Assembly: GCA_965214705.1 (NCBI GenBank)
Contig: OZ243972.1
Coordinates: 2,528,001-2,592,000, forward strand
Source: Alphaproteobacteria bacterium
GTDB lineage: Bacteria > Pseudomonadota > Alphaproteobacteria > UBA828
DNA: 64,000 nucleotides
Reading direction: 5' to 3'
Under the pieces are notes generated by a model. The model saw only the letters and a list, made by a program, of their open reading frames with translations, ran no database searches and was not told the origin of the DNA. The translations under genes were made by a program, and so were the position numbers. Positions 19,232 through 27,000 of this stretch are shown piece by piece; position 1 is the stretch's first letter; every line of letters begins with the position of its first letter.

Positions 19232-19731
19232 GAGTCATTCCCGCGCTGCCGCGCCTCCGCAGCGTCGAGTGCGGCCGCGACGATCCCGGTATAGCCGGTG
19301 CAACGGCAGAGGTGGCCGCTGAGCAGCGCCCGGACTTCGCCTTCGTCGGGCGCCGGCCGGCTTTCGAGCCAGGCGTCGAGGGACATCAGGATGCCGGCGG
19401 TGCAGAAGCCGCATTGCAGCGCGTGGTGGCGGCGGAACGCCGCCTGCAGGTCGTTCAGCTCACCGTTGGGGGCGAGACCCTCCACCGTGTCCACGCGCCG
19501 GCCGTCGGCCTGCACCGCGAGCGTCAGGCAGGCGCGCACCGGGGCGCCGTCGAGGCGCACGGTGCAGGCGCCGCAGACCCCGTGCTCGCAGCCGACATGG
19601 GTGCCGGTGGCGCCCAGCTCGTGGCGCAGAAAGTCGCTCAGCAGCATGCGCGGCTCGGCCCAGCCGCTCGCCTCGCAGCCATTGAGGGTGAGCCCGACCC
19701 GATGGCGGCTCTCCGCGTCGAGCCGCTTCAT
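19228..19731 (-). CDS. hmfC: Molybdo-hydroxylase 2Fe-2S subunit, HmfC-like
   Basis: GCEHGVCGAC, QCGFC, LCRCTGY; start at ATG 19731 overlapping the upstream stop. Confidence 0.82.
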   Translation of the reverse strand: MKRLDAESRHRVGLTLNGCEASGWAEPRMLLSDFLRHELGATGTHVGCEHGVCGACTVRLDGAPVRACLTLAVQADGRRVDTVEGLAPNGELNDLQAAFRRHHALQCGFCTAGILMSLDAWLESRPAPDEGEVRALLSGHLCRCTGYTGIVAAALDAAEARQRGNDS

Positions 19732-20555
19732 GGCCGCGCCTCCAACGCCGCCGTGACCGTCTGTTTGCCCAGGCGGCGTACCAGCTCGCGCCGGTAGCGG
19801 GCGCTGGCGTGAACATCGTCGGCGGCGTCCAGAGACCAGGCCAGCGCGTTGAGCGCGTCGTCGAGCGCGCTGCCGGCGAGGAGCGGCCAGTCCTGGACGA
19901 CCGGTTGCTCGGCCACGCCACCGACGCCGATCCTGATCCCGTTCGCCCGCGCGATGACGGCAATGGCGACGATAGCGAAGTCCCCGTGCCGGCGCGCAAA
20001 CTCGGTGAAGGCATAGCCAGCGCTCGGCTCGGCGGCGGGGAAGCGCACCGCCGACACCATCTCGTCCTCTCGGCACGCGGTCGACAGCATCCCGGTCTGG
20101 AACTCGGAGGCCGACAGCGTCCGCGTTCCCGCGCGCGAGCGCAGCACAACTTCGCCGCCCAGCGTCGCGAGGCAGAGCGGCAGCTCCGCGCTCGGGTCGG
20201 CGAAGGCGATGGAGCCGCACACCGTGCCCCGGCTCCGGGTCTGAACGTGGCCGAGCAGGGGCAGCGCCTGGGCCAGCAGGGGCGTGCGCTCGGCAAGCGT
20301 GGGCCAGGTCTCCAGGGCGGCCTGGGTCGCTGCCGCCCCGACCTCGATGGCCTCGCCGCCGTCCTCGATCCCGGCGCGGCCCACCAGCCGGGAGATGTCG
20401 ATGAGCACTCCCGGCTCCACCAGCCGCATGTTGAGCATCGGCATCAGGGTTTGGCCACCCGCGAGCAGCCGCGCGTCGTCCCCTGCCTCGGCGAGGGCCT
20501 CCAGGGTCTCCTCCTCGTCGTCGGGACGCAGATAATCGAAGGGCGCGGGCTTCAT
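19728..20555 (-). CDS. hmfB: Molybdo-hydroxylase FAD subunit, HmfB-like
   Basis: MKPAPFDY, LAGGQTL, RGTVCGS, ADPSAELP, RRHGDFA. Confidence 0.82.
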   Translation of the reverse strand: MKPAPFDYLRPDDEEETLEALAEAGDDARLLAGGQTLMPMLNMRLVEPGVLIDISRLVGRAGIEDGGEAIEVGAAATQAALETWPTLAERTPLLAQALPLLGHVQTRSRGTVCGSIAFADPSAELPLCLATLGGEVVLRSRAGTRTLSASEFQTGMLSTACREDEMVSAVRFPAAEPSAGYAFTEFARRHGDFAIVAIAVIARANGIRIGVGGVAEQPVVQDWPLLAGSALDDALNALAWSLDAADDVHASARYRRELVRRLGKQTVTAALEARP

Positions 20556-20645
20556 GGCGTCCCTATACCCGGATCAGGGGCGCGTTGGTATCATGGCGCG
20601 ATCCCCCGAGCCCGCCGGCAGGGCGGTATCCGCGAGGAGCGTGCC

Positions 20646-20849
20646 ATGAAATTGAAGGTGATCGTGCATGAAGCGGAAGAGGGGGGCTACTGGGCCGAGG
20701 TGCCCGCAATCCCCGGCTGTGCGACGCAAGGCGAGACCTTCGAGGAACTGCTGAGCAATCTCTACGAGGCGGTCGAAGGCTGCCTCTCCGTGGATGTCCG
20801 CGATATCCCCACCTCCGGCAGCGACAGAATCGTCGAGATCGCCGTGTGA
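20646..20849 (+). CDS. hicB: Short HicB-family antitoxin without DNA-binding domain
   Basis: MKLKVIVHEAEEGGYWAEVPAIPGCATQGETFEE; SD GAGGAG upstream. Confidence 0.9.
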   Translation: MKLKVIVHEAEEGGYWAEVPAIPGCATQGETFEELLSNLYEAVEGCLSVDVRDIPTSGSDRIVEIAV

Positions 20850-21052
20850 AAACCGTCAGTGGGCGGCAGTTTTGTCGTGTGTTGGAGTTGCGGGGGTGGA
20901 AGATGATGCGCATCAGCGGAAGCCACCGCATCTACGCGAAAGCAGGGTCGGACGTCCGCATCTCGGTTCCTGTCCACGGCGCCAAGTCGCTCAAGCGTGG
21001 CTTGCAGAAGCATTTGATGAAGCTCGCCGATATCGATGAGTCTGAGCTGTAG
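20846..21052 (+). CDS. hicA: HicA-family mRNA interferase toxin
   Basis: LELRGW..RISGSHRIY...SVPVHG..LKRG; GTGA overlap with hicB. Confidence 0.9.
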   Translation: MKTVSGRQFCRVLELRGWKMMRISGSHRIYAKAGSDVRISVPVHGAKSLKRGLQKHLMKLADIDESEL

Positions 21053-21079
21053 TCCCCAGCGTCCAGTTGCGCCTCTCAC

Positions 21080-23482
21080 CTACGGCGCCAGCTTTTCCGG
21101 CCCGTGGATCAGGTCGCCGATCCGGGCGGGCGTGAGCGGCAGGTCGAGGCTCCCGACCCCCAGTGCGTCCGCCACGGCGTTGGCGAGGCAGACGGGTGTG
21201 GTCATGCAGTTGCCTTCGCCCACGCCCTTCGCTCCCAAAGGCGTCGCCGGTGTCGGGATGTCGCGGTGCAGGATGAGCGGATCGGGCACCTCGCAGGCGG
21301 TCGGCACCAGATAGTCGGCCAGCGTGCCGGAGAGGAAGCTTCCGTCCTCGGAATAGGCGAGCTCCTCGTAGAACGCGGCGCCCACGGCGTGGGCGAAGGC
21401 GCCCCGAATCTGGCCGTCCACCAGCGCCGGGTTGAGGCGCCGGCCGGTATCGTGGGTGGTGACGTAGCGGTCGATGGCGACGGCGCCGGTTGCGCGGTCC
21501 ACCTCCACCCCGCAGAAATCGAAGATGAAGCTATACGCCGCCGAGTTGTTGATCCGATCGTCGTCATCGGGTGGGGTGAGCTGGGGCGGCGTCCAGCGCG
21601 CGGTTTCGCGTAGCGCCGGCGGCACGCCCTCCGGCAGGCTGCCCGGCGACCAGTGGACGAGCGATGCCACCCGCCGGAAGTCGAGGTCGTTCTCGGGATT
21701 GCCCATGGCGAAGACGCGCCCCTGCTCGAAGCGCACGTCCTCGGGCCGAGCGTTGAGCTGCTGGCTCGCGATCCGCGCGAGGCGTTCGCGCACCCGCACC
21801 GCTGCGAGGTGTGCGGCACCCGCGACCGCGCCCGAAAAGCGGCTCGAATAGTTGCCCGCGGCGATCGACCAGGCATCCCGCTGTGTGTCGTGCTCAAGCG
21901 CGACCGTAACTTGAGCCGGCGCGAGGCCCAACGCGTCGCCCACCACCTGCGCCAGCACCGTGCGGTGGCCCTGCCCCTGCGGGATCGAATCGGCGGTCAC
22001 GGTGACGGCGCCGAGGGGGTCCACCGCAACCGTGGCGTGGCTGACGGCGCCGTCCTTCGGCCCCGCCTTGCGCCGCTCTTCGGCGCTGAGCACGGTTGTG
22101 ATGTAGCCCATGTTGGAGATGCTGGACTCCACCGCGGCGGCGAAGCCGATGCCATAGAGCCGGCCCTCCGCCCGCGCCGCGTCGCGCTTGGCGCGCAACG
22201 CGTCGAGCGCGCCTTCCGCCACGCCGTGATCCACGGTGGCGGGAAAGTCGCCGGCATCGAGCACCGCGCCGGCGGCGGCGCGATAGGGCATGGCGTCGGC
22301 CGGTACCAGATTGCGCCTCATGACCTCCAGCGGGTCGAGGTCGAGGGTTGCGGCCACCCGTTGCATCAGCCGCTCCAGTGCGTAGTAGAGCTGCGGCCCC
22401 CCAAAACCCCGGTTGAGCCCCGTGGGCGTCTTGTTGGTCACGACCACGCGGTTGTTCACCGCGAGATGGGGGATGCAGTAGGGGCCGGTGAGGTTGCCGT
22501 GGTTGCGGTAGAGCGTCGCGGGCTCGGGCGCACGCAGGTAGGCGCCGCAGTCCTCCAGTTGGTCGAGGCGAAGCGCGGTTATTCTCCCGTCTGCCTCCAC
22601 CGCCGCTTCGATCCGTGTCATCCGGTTGGTCGCCGATGTCGCCGCCAGCAGGTGCTCCAGCCGGTCCTCGATCCACTTGACCGGGCGCGCGGCCTTCCGC
22701 GCCGCGAGCGCCATCGCGACGATGAGCGGGAAGACCGCCTGCTTGATGCCGAAGCTGCCGCCTGAATCCGGCACCGAGCGCAGCCGGAGCCGCGGCCCCG
22801 GCACCTTGAGCGCCCGCGCCATGACCGGGTGCAGCGTGAGCGGCCCCTGGAAGTGGGAGAGCACGTCGTAGGCGTCGTCACCAGGGTCGTACTCAGCGAT
22901 CAGACCAAGGCATTCGATGGGGGTGCAGGAGTTGCGCGGATAGCGCACCGTGGTCGCGACCATGTGCGCCGCCGTGTCGAACGCCGCCTCCGGCTCGCCG
23001 TAGCGGAACGACCGATCGCTGACGAGGTTGCTGCCGACCTTCTCGTGCAGCACCGGCGCATCGCTGTTGAGCGTGGCCTCGGGATCGACGACGGCGTCAA
23101 GCGGCTCGTAGCGCACGTCAATCAACGCGAGCGCGTCCTCCGCCCGGTAGCGGTCCTCCGCCACGACGATGGCGACCGGCTCGCCGGCGTAGCGCACCCG
23201 GTCGGTGGCGATGCACCAGTGCTCCATGGGCTGGCGCACGCTGACGATGAAGGGCGTGGACCAGGCGCGCGCGTCTTCGCCGGTGACCAGGGCATGGACG
23301 CCCGGCAGCGCCTCTGCTGCCGCCGCGTCGATACCGGCAAGGCGAGCATGAGCATGGGGCGAGCGCAGGATGGCGGCATGTCCGGTGCCGGGCGCCACCG
23401 GCATGTCGTCGATGTAGCGGCCGCGGCCCATGAGGAGCGCCGCATCCTCGACGCGTTCCAGCGCCGTGCCGAGCGTGCTCAT
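21080..23482 (-). CDS. hmfA: Molybdopterin large subunit, HmfA-like (2-furoyl-CoA dehydrogenase)
   Basis: RVEDAALLMGRG, LRSPHAHA, GGSFGIK, NRGFGG, QGQGH, AAGNYSSR, GAKGVGEG; leads the A-B-C-D-E order. Confidence 0.8.
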   Translation of the reverse strand: MSTLGTALERVEDAALLMGRGRYIDDMPVAPGTGHAAILRSPHAHARLAGIDAAAAEALPGVHALVTGEDARAWSTPFIVSVRQPMEHWCIATDRVRYAGEPVAIVVAEDRYRAEDALALIDVRYEPLDAVVDPEATLNSDAPVLHEKVGSNLVSDRSFRYGEPEAAFDTAAHMVATTVRYPRNSCTPIECLGLIAEYDPGDDAYDVLSHFQGPLTLHPVMARALKVPGPRLRLRSVPDSGGSFGIKQAVFPLIVAMALAARKAARPVKWIEDRLEHLLAATSATNRMTRIEAAVEADGRITALRLDQLEDCGAYLRAPEPATLYRNHGNLTGPYCIPHLAVNNRVVVTNKTPTGLNRGFGGPQLYYALERLMQRVAATLDLDPLEVMRRNLVPADAMPYRAAAGAVLDAGDFPATVDHGVAEGALDALRAKRDAARAEGRLYGIGFAAAVESSISNMGYITTVLSAEERRKAGPKDGAVSHATVAVDPLGAVTVTADSIPQGQGHRTVLAQVVGDALGLAPAQVTVALEHDTQRDAWSIAAGNYSSRFSGAVAGAAHLAAVRVRERLARIASQQLNARPEDVRFEQGRVFAMGNPENDLDFRRVASLVHWSPGSLPEGVPPALRETARWTPPQLTPPDDDDRINNSAAYSFIFDFCGVEVDRATGAVAIDRYVTTHDTGRRLNPALVDGQIRGAFAHAVGAAFYEELAYSEDGSFLSGTLADYLVPTACEVPDPLILHRDIPTPATPLGAKGVGEGNCMTTPVCLANAVADALGVGSLDLPLTPARIGDLIHGPEKLAP

Positions 23483-23571
23483 GCGTTGCCGAGCCGTGCC
23501 TGCGCTGCCATCGAACACCAGTGGTCCAATGCACCAACCGACCACCCCGGTTCACGACGGCCCGGACAACG

Positions 23572-23679
23572 CCCACCTCCCCCTGTCCCCCTCCCCCAAA
23601 GGCGGAGGGGGGACGCAGACGGCGCCGCCCGTTCTCCCTCTCCGCCCCTGGGGGCGGAGAGGGCCGGGGTGAGGTGGGG
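23572..23679. repeat. Inverted pair of GC-rich REP-like palindromes
   Basis: CCCACCTCCCCCTGTCCCCCTCCCCCAAAGGCGGAGGGGGGAC (23572-23614) and inverted CCCTCTCCGCCCCTGGGGGCGGAGAGGGCCGGGGTGAGGTGGGG (23636-23679), each with an internal hairpin. Confidence 0.75.
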
Positions 23680-23740
23680 GTTTGTCAGACTGCTCTGCAT
23701 GCGAGACAGGGACGATGCGCCAACCAGGTACGATCCCGTT

Positions 23741-24967
23741 CTAGTTGTCTGACCAGCCGGGAATCAGGCGGTTGGACGGCAGCGTCTCGTCAGCGGCCTT
23801 GTGCGCGGTCTCGACGCCGCCGACCGGCAGCCCTCCCGGCTCCAGCAGGCCGATCTGCACCAGCACCGAGGCCTGATCCCAATAAATATGCTCGTGGTGG
23901 AGCCTGTCGCCGCGGAAGGCGACGATCGCCACCAGCGGCACGCTGACCTTCTTGCCGGTAGGGGCCACGCCGGGAAGCATCCAGTCGATCTCCTCGTTGT
24001 GGGTGAAGCTGAAGATCAGCTCGTCCACCACCCGGTCGGCGCCCACGGTACGCGAAAGCGGGGTCAGCGTCGTGTCCTTGGGCATCTTCGGGATGAAGTG
24101 CTCGGTATAGAAGCGGCTCAGCGCGTCGGCGCCGGTGCCCCCGGTCATGGTCGGGATGTGGTTGACGTAGGGCTCGGCCACCATGGTGGCCATGGTCTTG
24201 GCGGTGTCCCGCGTCGTGAACTCGTAGTCGAGGTGACGCTCCCACAGCCTCTCGAGGTCGTAGCCAGGGCCGATTGCACCCCGCAGCAGCGCGATGGTGC
24301 GCGAATGGGCGATCATGGCGGACGGCCGGTGATAAACCTCGCTGCGGTCGTGGTTGTAGAAGGCGTGATCGACGCCGGGATAGACGTGGATCCGCACCTC
24401 CGGCCGGTCCGCGAAATGGGCCGTGACGGCGTCCACCGCCGACTGCGGCACGAACGCATCCTCGCCCGCGAAGTGCATGAGCATCGGGCAGCCGATGCCG
24501 CCTGACTCGTCCAGCGCCTCCTCGATGCCGACACCGTAGAACGAGACCGCCGCATCGATATCGTGCCGTGTGGCGGTGAGGTAGGCGAGCTTGCCACCAA
24601 GGCAGAAGCCCATGGCAGCCACTTGGCCCGTGCACTCCGGCCGCGCCCGCAACGCCTCCACCGCGGCGCCGATATCCGCGACGCCTTGGTCCACGTCGAA
24701 GCGCTGGTAGAACGCGAAGGCCTTGGCAAAGTCGGCCTCGCTGTAGCCGAGGTCCACGCCGGGCTCCATGCGCCAGAAGAGATCGGGCACGAGGCAGACA
24801 TAGCCTTCCTCGGCGTAAAGGTCGGCGATCGCCCGCAGGCTCGCGTTGACCCCGAAAATTTCCTGTTCGATCAGGAGGCCCGGCCCGCTGCCCGCCTCCG
24901 GAACCGTCAGATAGCCCCTGAACGCGCCGCCACCAGCGACGGGAATATCGATCATTGCACCTGCCAT
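23741..24967 (-). CDS. Dienelactone hydrolase fused to a SnoaL/NTF2-like ester-cyclase domain
   Basis: QEIFGVN, PDLFWR, GFCLGG (Cys nucleophile), YPGVDHAF; then WERHLDYEF, PYVNHIPT, VVDE, HEHIYWDQASVL. Confidence 0.88.
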   Translation of the reverse strand: MAGAMIDIPVAGGGAFRGYLTVPEAGSGPGLLIEQEIFGVNASLRAIADLYAEEGYVCLVPDLFWRMEPGVDLGYSEADFAKAFAFYQRFDVDQGVADIGAAVEALRARPECTGQVAAMGFCLGGKLAYLTATRHDIDAAVSFYGVGIEEALDESGGIGCPMLMHFAGEDAFVPQSAVDAVTAHFADRPEVRIHVYPGVDHAFYNHDRSEVYHRPSAMIAHSRTIALLRGAIGPGYDLERLWERHLDYEFTTRDTAKTMATMVAEPYVNHIPTMTGGTGADALSRFYTEHFIPKMPKDTTLTPLSRTVGADRVVDELIFSFTHNEEIDWMLPGVAPTGKKVSVPLVAIVAFRGDRLHHEHIYWDQASVLVQIGLLEPGGLPVGGVETAHKAADETLPSNRLIPGWSDN

Positions 24968-25501
24968 GAGAGGCTCTCCGCTCCCTTTGCACGGTCCGTG
25001 TCGGCCCATTCCATTCTGCGTCCGCTCCGCCTTTGCCGCAACGCGCGGGACAGCACACCGGCGCTCGGACAATTCTCTGTCAAATCAATGCCATTCGGGC
25101 ATAAGGGGTGCTTATGCCCTGCATGAGAATTCGGTATTGGACCGGATCAAGGCATCCAGGCACTGTCGACCGCGTGGCTGAGAGCCGTCGTCGAGAGCGG
25201 CCCGGTCACAGGGAGCGGAGCAGGAAGGCATCTCGTAGTCTGCGCCCCAGTACAGGGGGGCAGGGCGAGCGGAGGAGACGACAGAGCGATCCGTCATAGC
25301 CCGCGAAGCGAGGCATCCGAGCGCTACGGGATCGCATGTCGGCTCATCCGGTTCCGAGAGACATCGAGCTCCACGCGTAGACGAACACGAGGGACCGGGC
25401 CCAGGACAGAACGCGGGCCCAGCGAGGGGGGACGGCTGCCTCCAGAGCACGGAGGCGGTCGTCCCTGTTTCTGCGGGCCTTCGATGCTCCTGGCCGTGGC
25501 C

Positions 25502-26926
25502 TCAGCCGGCGCGGAAAGGCCCGCCAAAACTTTCTGCGGTGAAACGGGAGACGCGCAGGCCTTCGGACCGGTGATCGGGCGCGACTTCGGCCTTGCGCTT
25601 GAGCTTGTCAACGAACTGTGCGGCGACCGGAAAGCGCTCCCAGACGCTGGGCAGGAACACGGCGCGGCGATCGCCGTCCTCCAGGACCAGGCCATCGCCG
25701 TCCGGCCTGATCTGGCGCAACAGGTCGGCCTCGTCGGCGAAGCGGATCGGGCGCGGAGTCGAAAGCACCGAGACGCTCGCATCCACTCTACCAAGCTCCG
25801 CCGCCGTCATCGGGCCGAAGCGCGGGTCTTCGAAGCCGGCCTTGTAGGCGTTGGCGGCGACATCGAGCAGCAGCGGCTCTCGCGCCGCGATCGTCCCGCA
25901 GCAGCCCCTGAGCTCGCCCGCGACCCTGAGCGTGATGAATGAGGCCCGTACCGCCCTGAGCGCTGGCGGCAGATCGGCGTCGAGAGTCGCGGCCATCGGC
26001 CGGCCGTTCTCAACTCCGAAGGCCAAGGCAGCCCGCGCGGTGTCGAGGAGCCGATCCCGGTCGTCATCCGAGAGCCGGGCGGACTCGGCGTATTCCATCG
26101 CGAAGGCGCCGTAGCCCACCACGCGGCCCTCGGTCCCGCTCGTGTCGCCGGAATTGCGGACATCCAGCGCCGTGACCCGCAGATCGAGTTCCTGAGCACG
26201 CTTGAGCGCGCCACCGAGGCCCCGGTAGCCGCAGGCGCGCTCGCCGTCGATATCCTCCGGCTGCATGAGCTCGATCCGCCTCGCCGTCTCGCCATCGAGC
26301 CGCCTTGCCGTGTCGTAGTCGTGGAAGTGCGAGAGGTCCGTGGAAATCAGGATCAGCGTCTCCGGCCCGCCCCAGAGCGCCTCCAGTACCTCCGCCACCT
26401 CGTCTTGGCTCGCGGCGCCCACGAGGACCGGCACGATCGAAAAACCATCCAGTACCCGCTGCAGGAAGGGGAGCTGCACCTCCAGGCAGTGCTCGCGCTC
26501 GAAGGCGGCATCGGCAACGCGAAAGCCCGGCCGCGTAAGCAGGGGCTTCATCGCCGGCCAATCAACCGGGACGGTGCCGAGTGGCGAAGCCCAGGCGTCG
26601 GCGGCGGTGGTCGCCACGCCGGCGAAGTCCACGCGATGCGCGGGCCCCAGCATCACGACGCGCGTGATGCGGCCGCTCCGTTTCGCGAGGGGCGCGTACG
26701 CGGTGCCGGCGATGGGGCCGGAATACACGTGGCCGGCGTGAGGGGCTACGATCACCTTGGGCTCGCCCGGTGGCGCCGGTCGGGCGCCTTCGAGGCAGCG
26801 CGTCACCAGATCGGCGCATGCGCCGGCATCGGCCGGGTAGAAGGTGCCCGCCACCTCCGGCTGCCGCACGGTCGCGGGTCCCGCAGCGGAAGACATGGCC
26901 GGAGCATGAGCTACATCGTCTGTCAT
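25502..26926 (-). CDS. amrB: AmmeMemoRadiSam protein B (MEMO) - protein A (AMMECR1) fusion
   Basis: RQPEVAGTFYP, PHAGHVYSG, EHCLEVQLPFLQ, STDLSH, VVGY; then ASFITL..LRGCCG, DPRF, FLPSVW. Confidence 0.92.
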   Translation of the reverse strand: MTDDVAHAPAMSSAAGPATVRQPEVAGTFYPADAGACADLVTRCLEGARPAPPGEPKVIVAPHAGHVYSGPIAGTAYAPLAKRSGRITRVVMLGPAHRVDFAGVATTAADAWASPLGTVPVDWPAMKPLLTRPGFRVADAAFEREHCLEVQLPFLQRVLDGFSIVPVLVGAASQDEVAEVLEALWGGPETLILISTDLSHFHDYDTARRLDGETARRIELMQPEDIDGERACGYRGLGGALKRAQELDLRVTALDVRNSGDTSGTEGRVVGYGAFAMEYAESARLSDDDRDRLLDTARAALAFGVENGRPMAATLDADLPPALRAVRASFITLRVAGELRGCCGTIAAREPLLLDVAANAYKAGFEDPRFGPMTAAELGRVDASVSVLSTPRPIRFADEADLLRQIRPDGDGLVLEDGDRRAVFLPSVWERFPVAAQFVDKLKRKAEVAPDHRSEGLRVSRFTAESFGGPFRAG

Positions 26927-27000
26927 GTGCCCCCTGCCCACACAGGCCCGGTCACATGAGGTGATCCGGCTTCGATGTTAGTTGAGCAACAGGAGCAGAG

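Noticed and set aside
19228-23482. Aerobic CO dehydrogenase (coxLMS)
   Set aside because: Active-site loop is LNRGFGG, not AYxCSFR or AYxGAGR; context fits furoyl-CoA dehydrogenase
25100-25500. Possible ncRNA or REP remnant in the long intergenic region (near 25288-25335)
   Set aside because: Only weak, degenerate palindromes; no family recognisable without a covariance search
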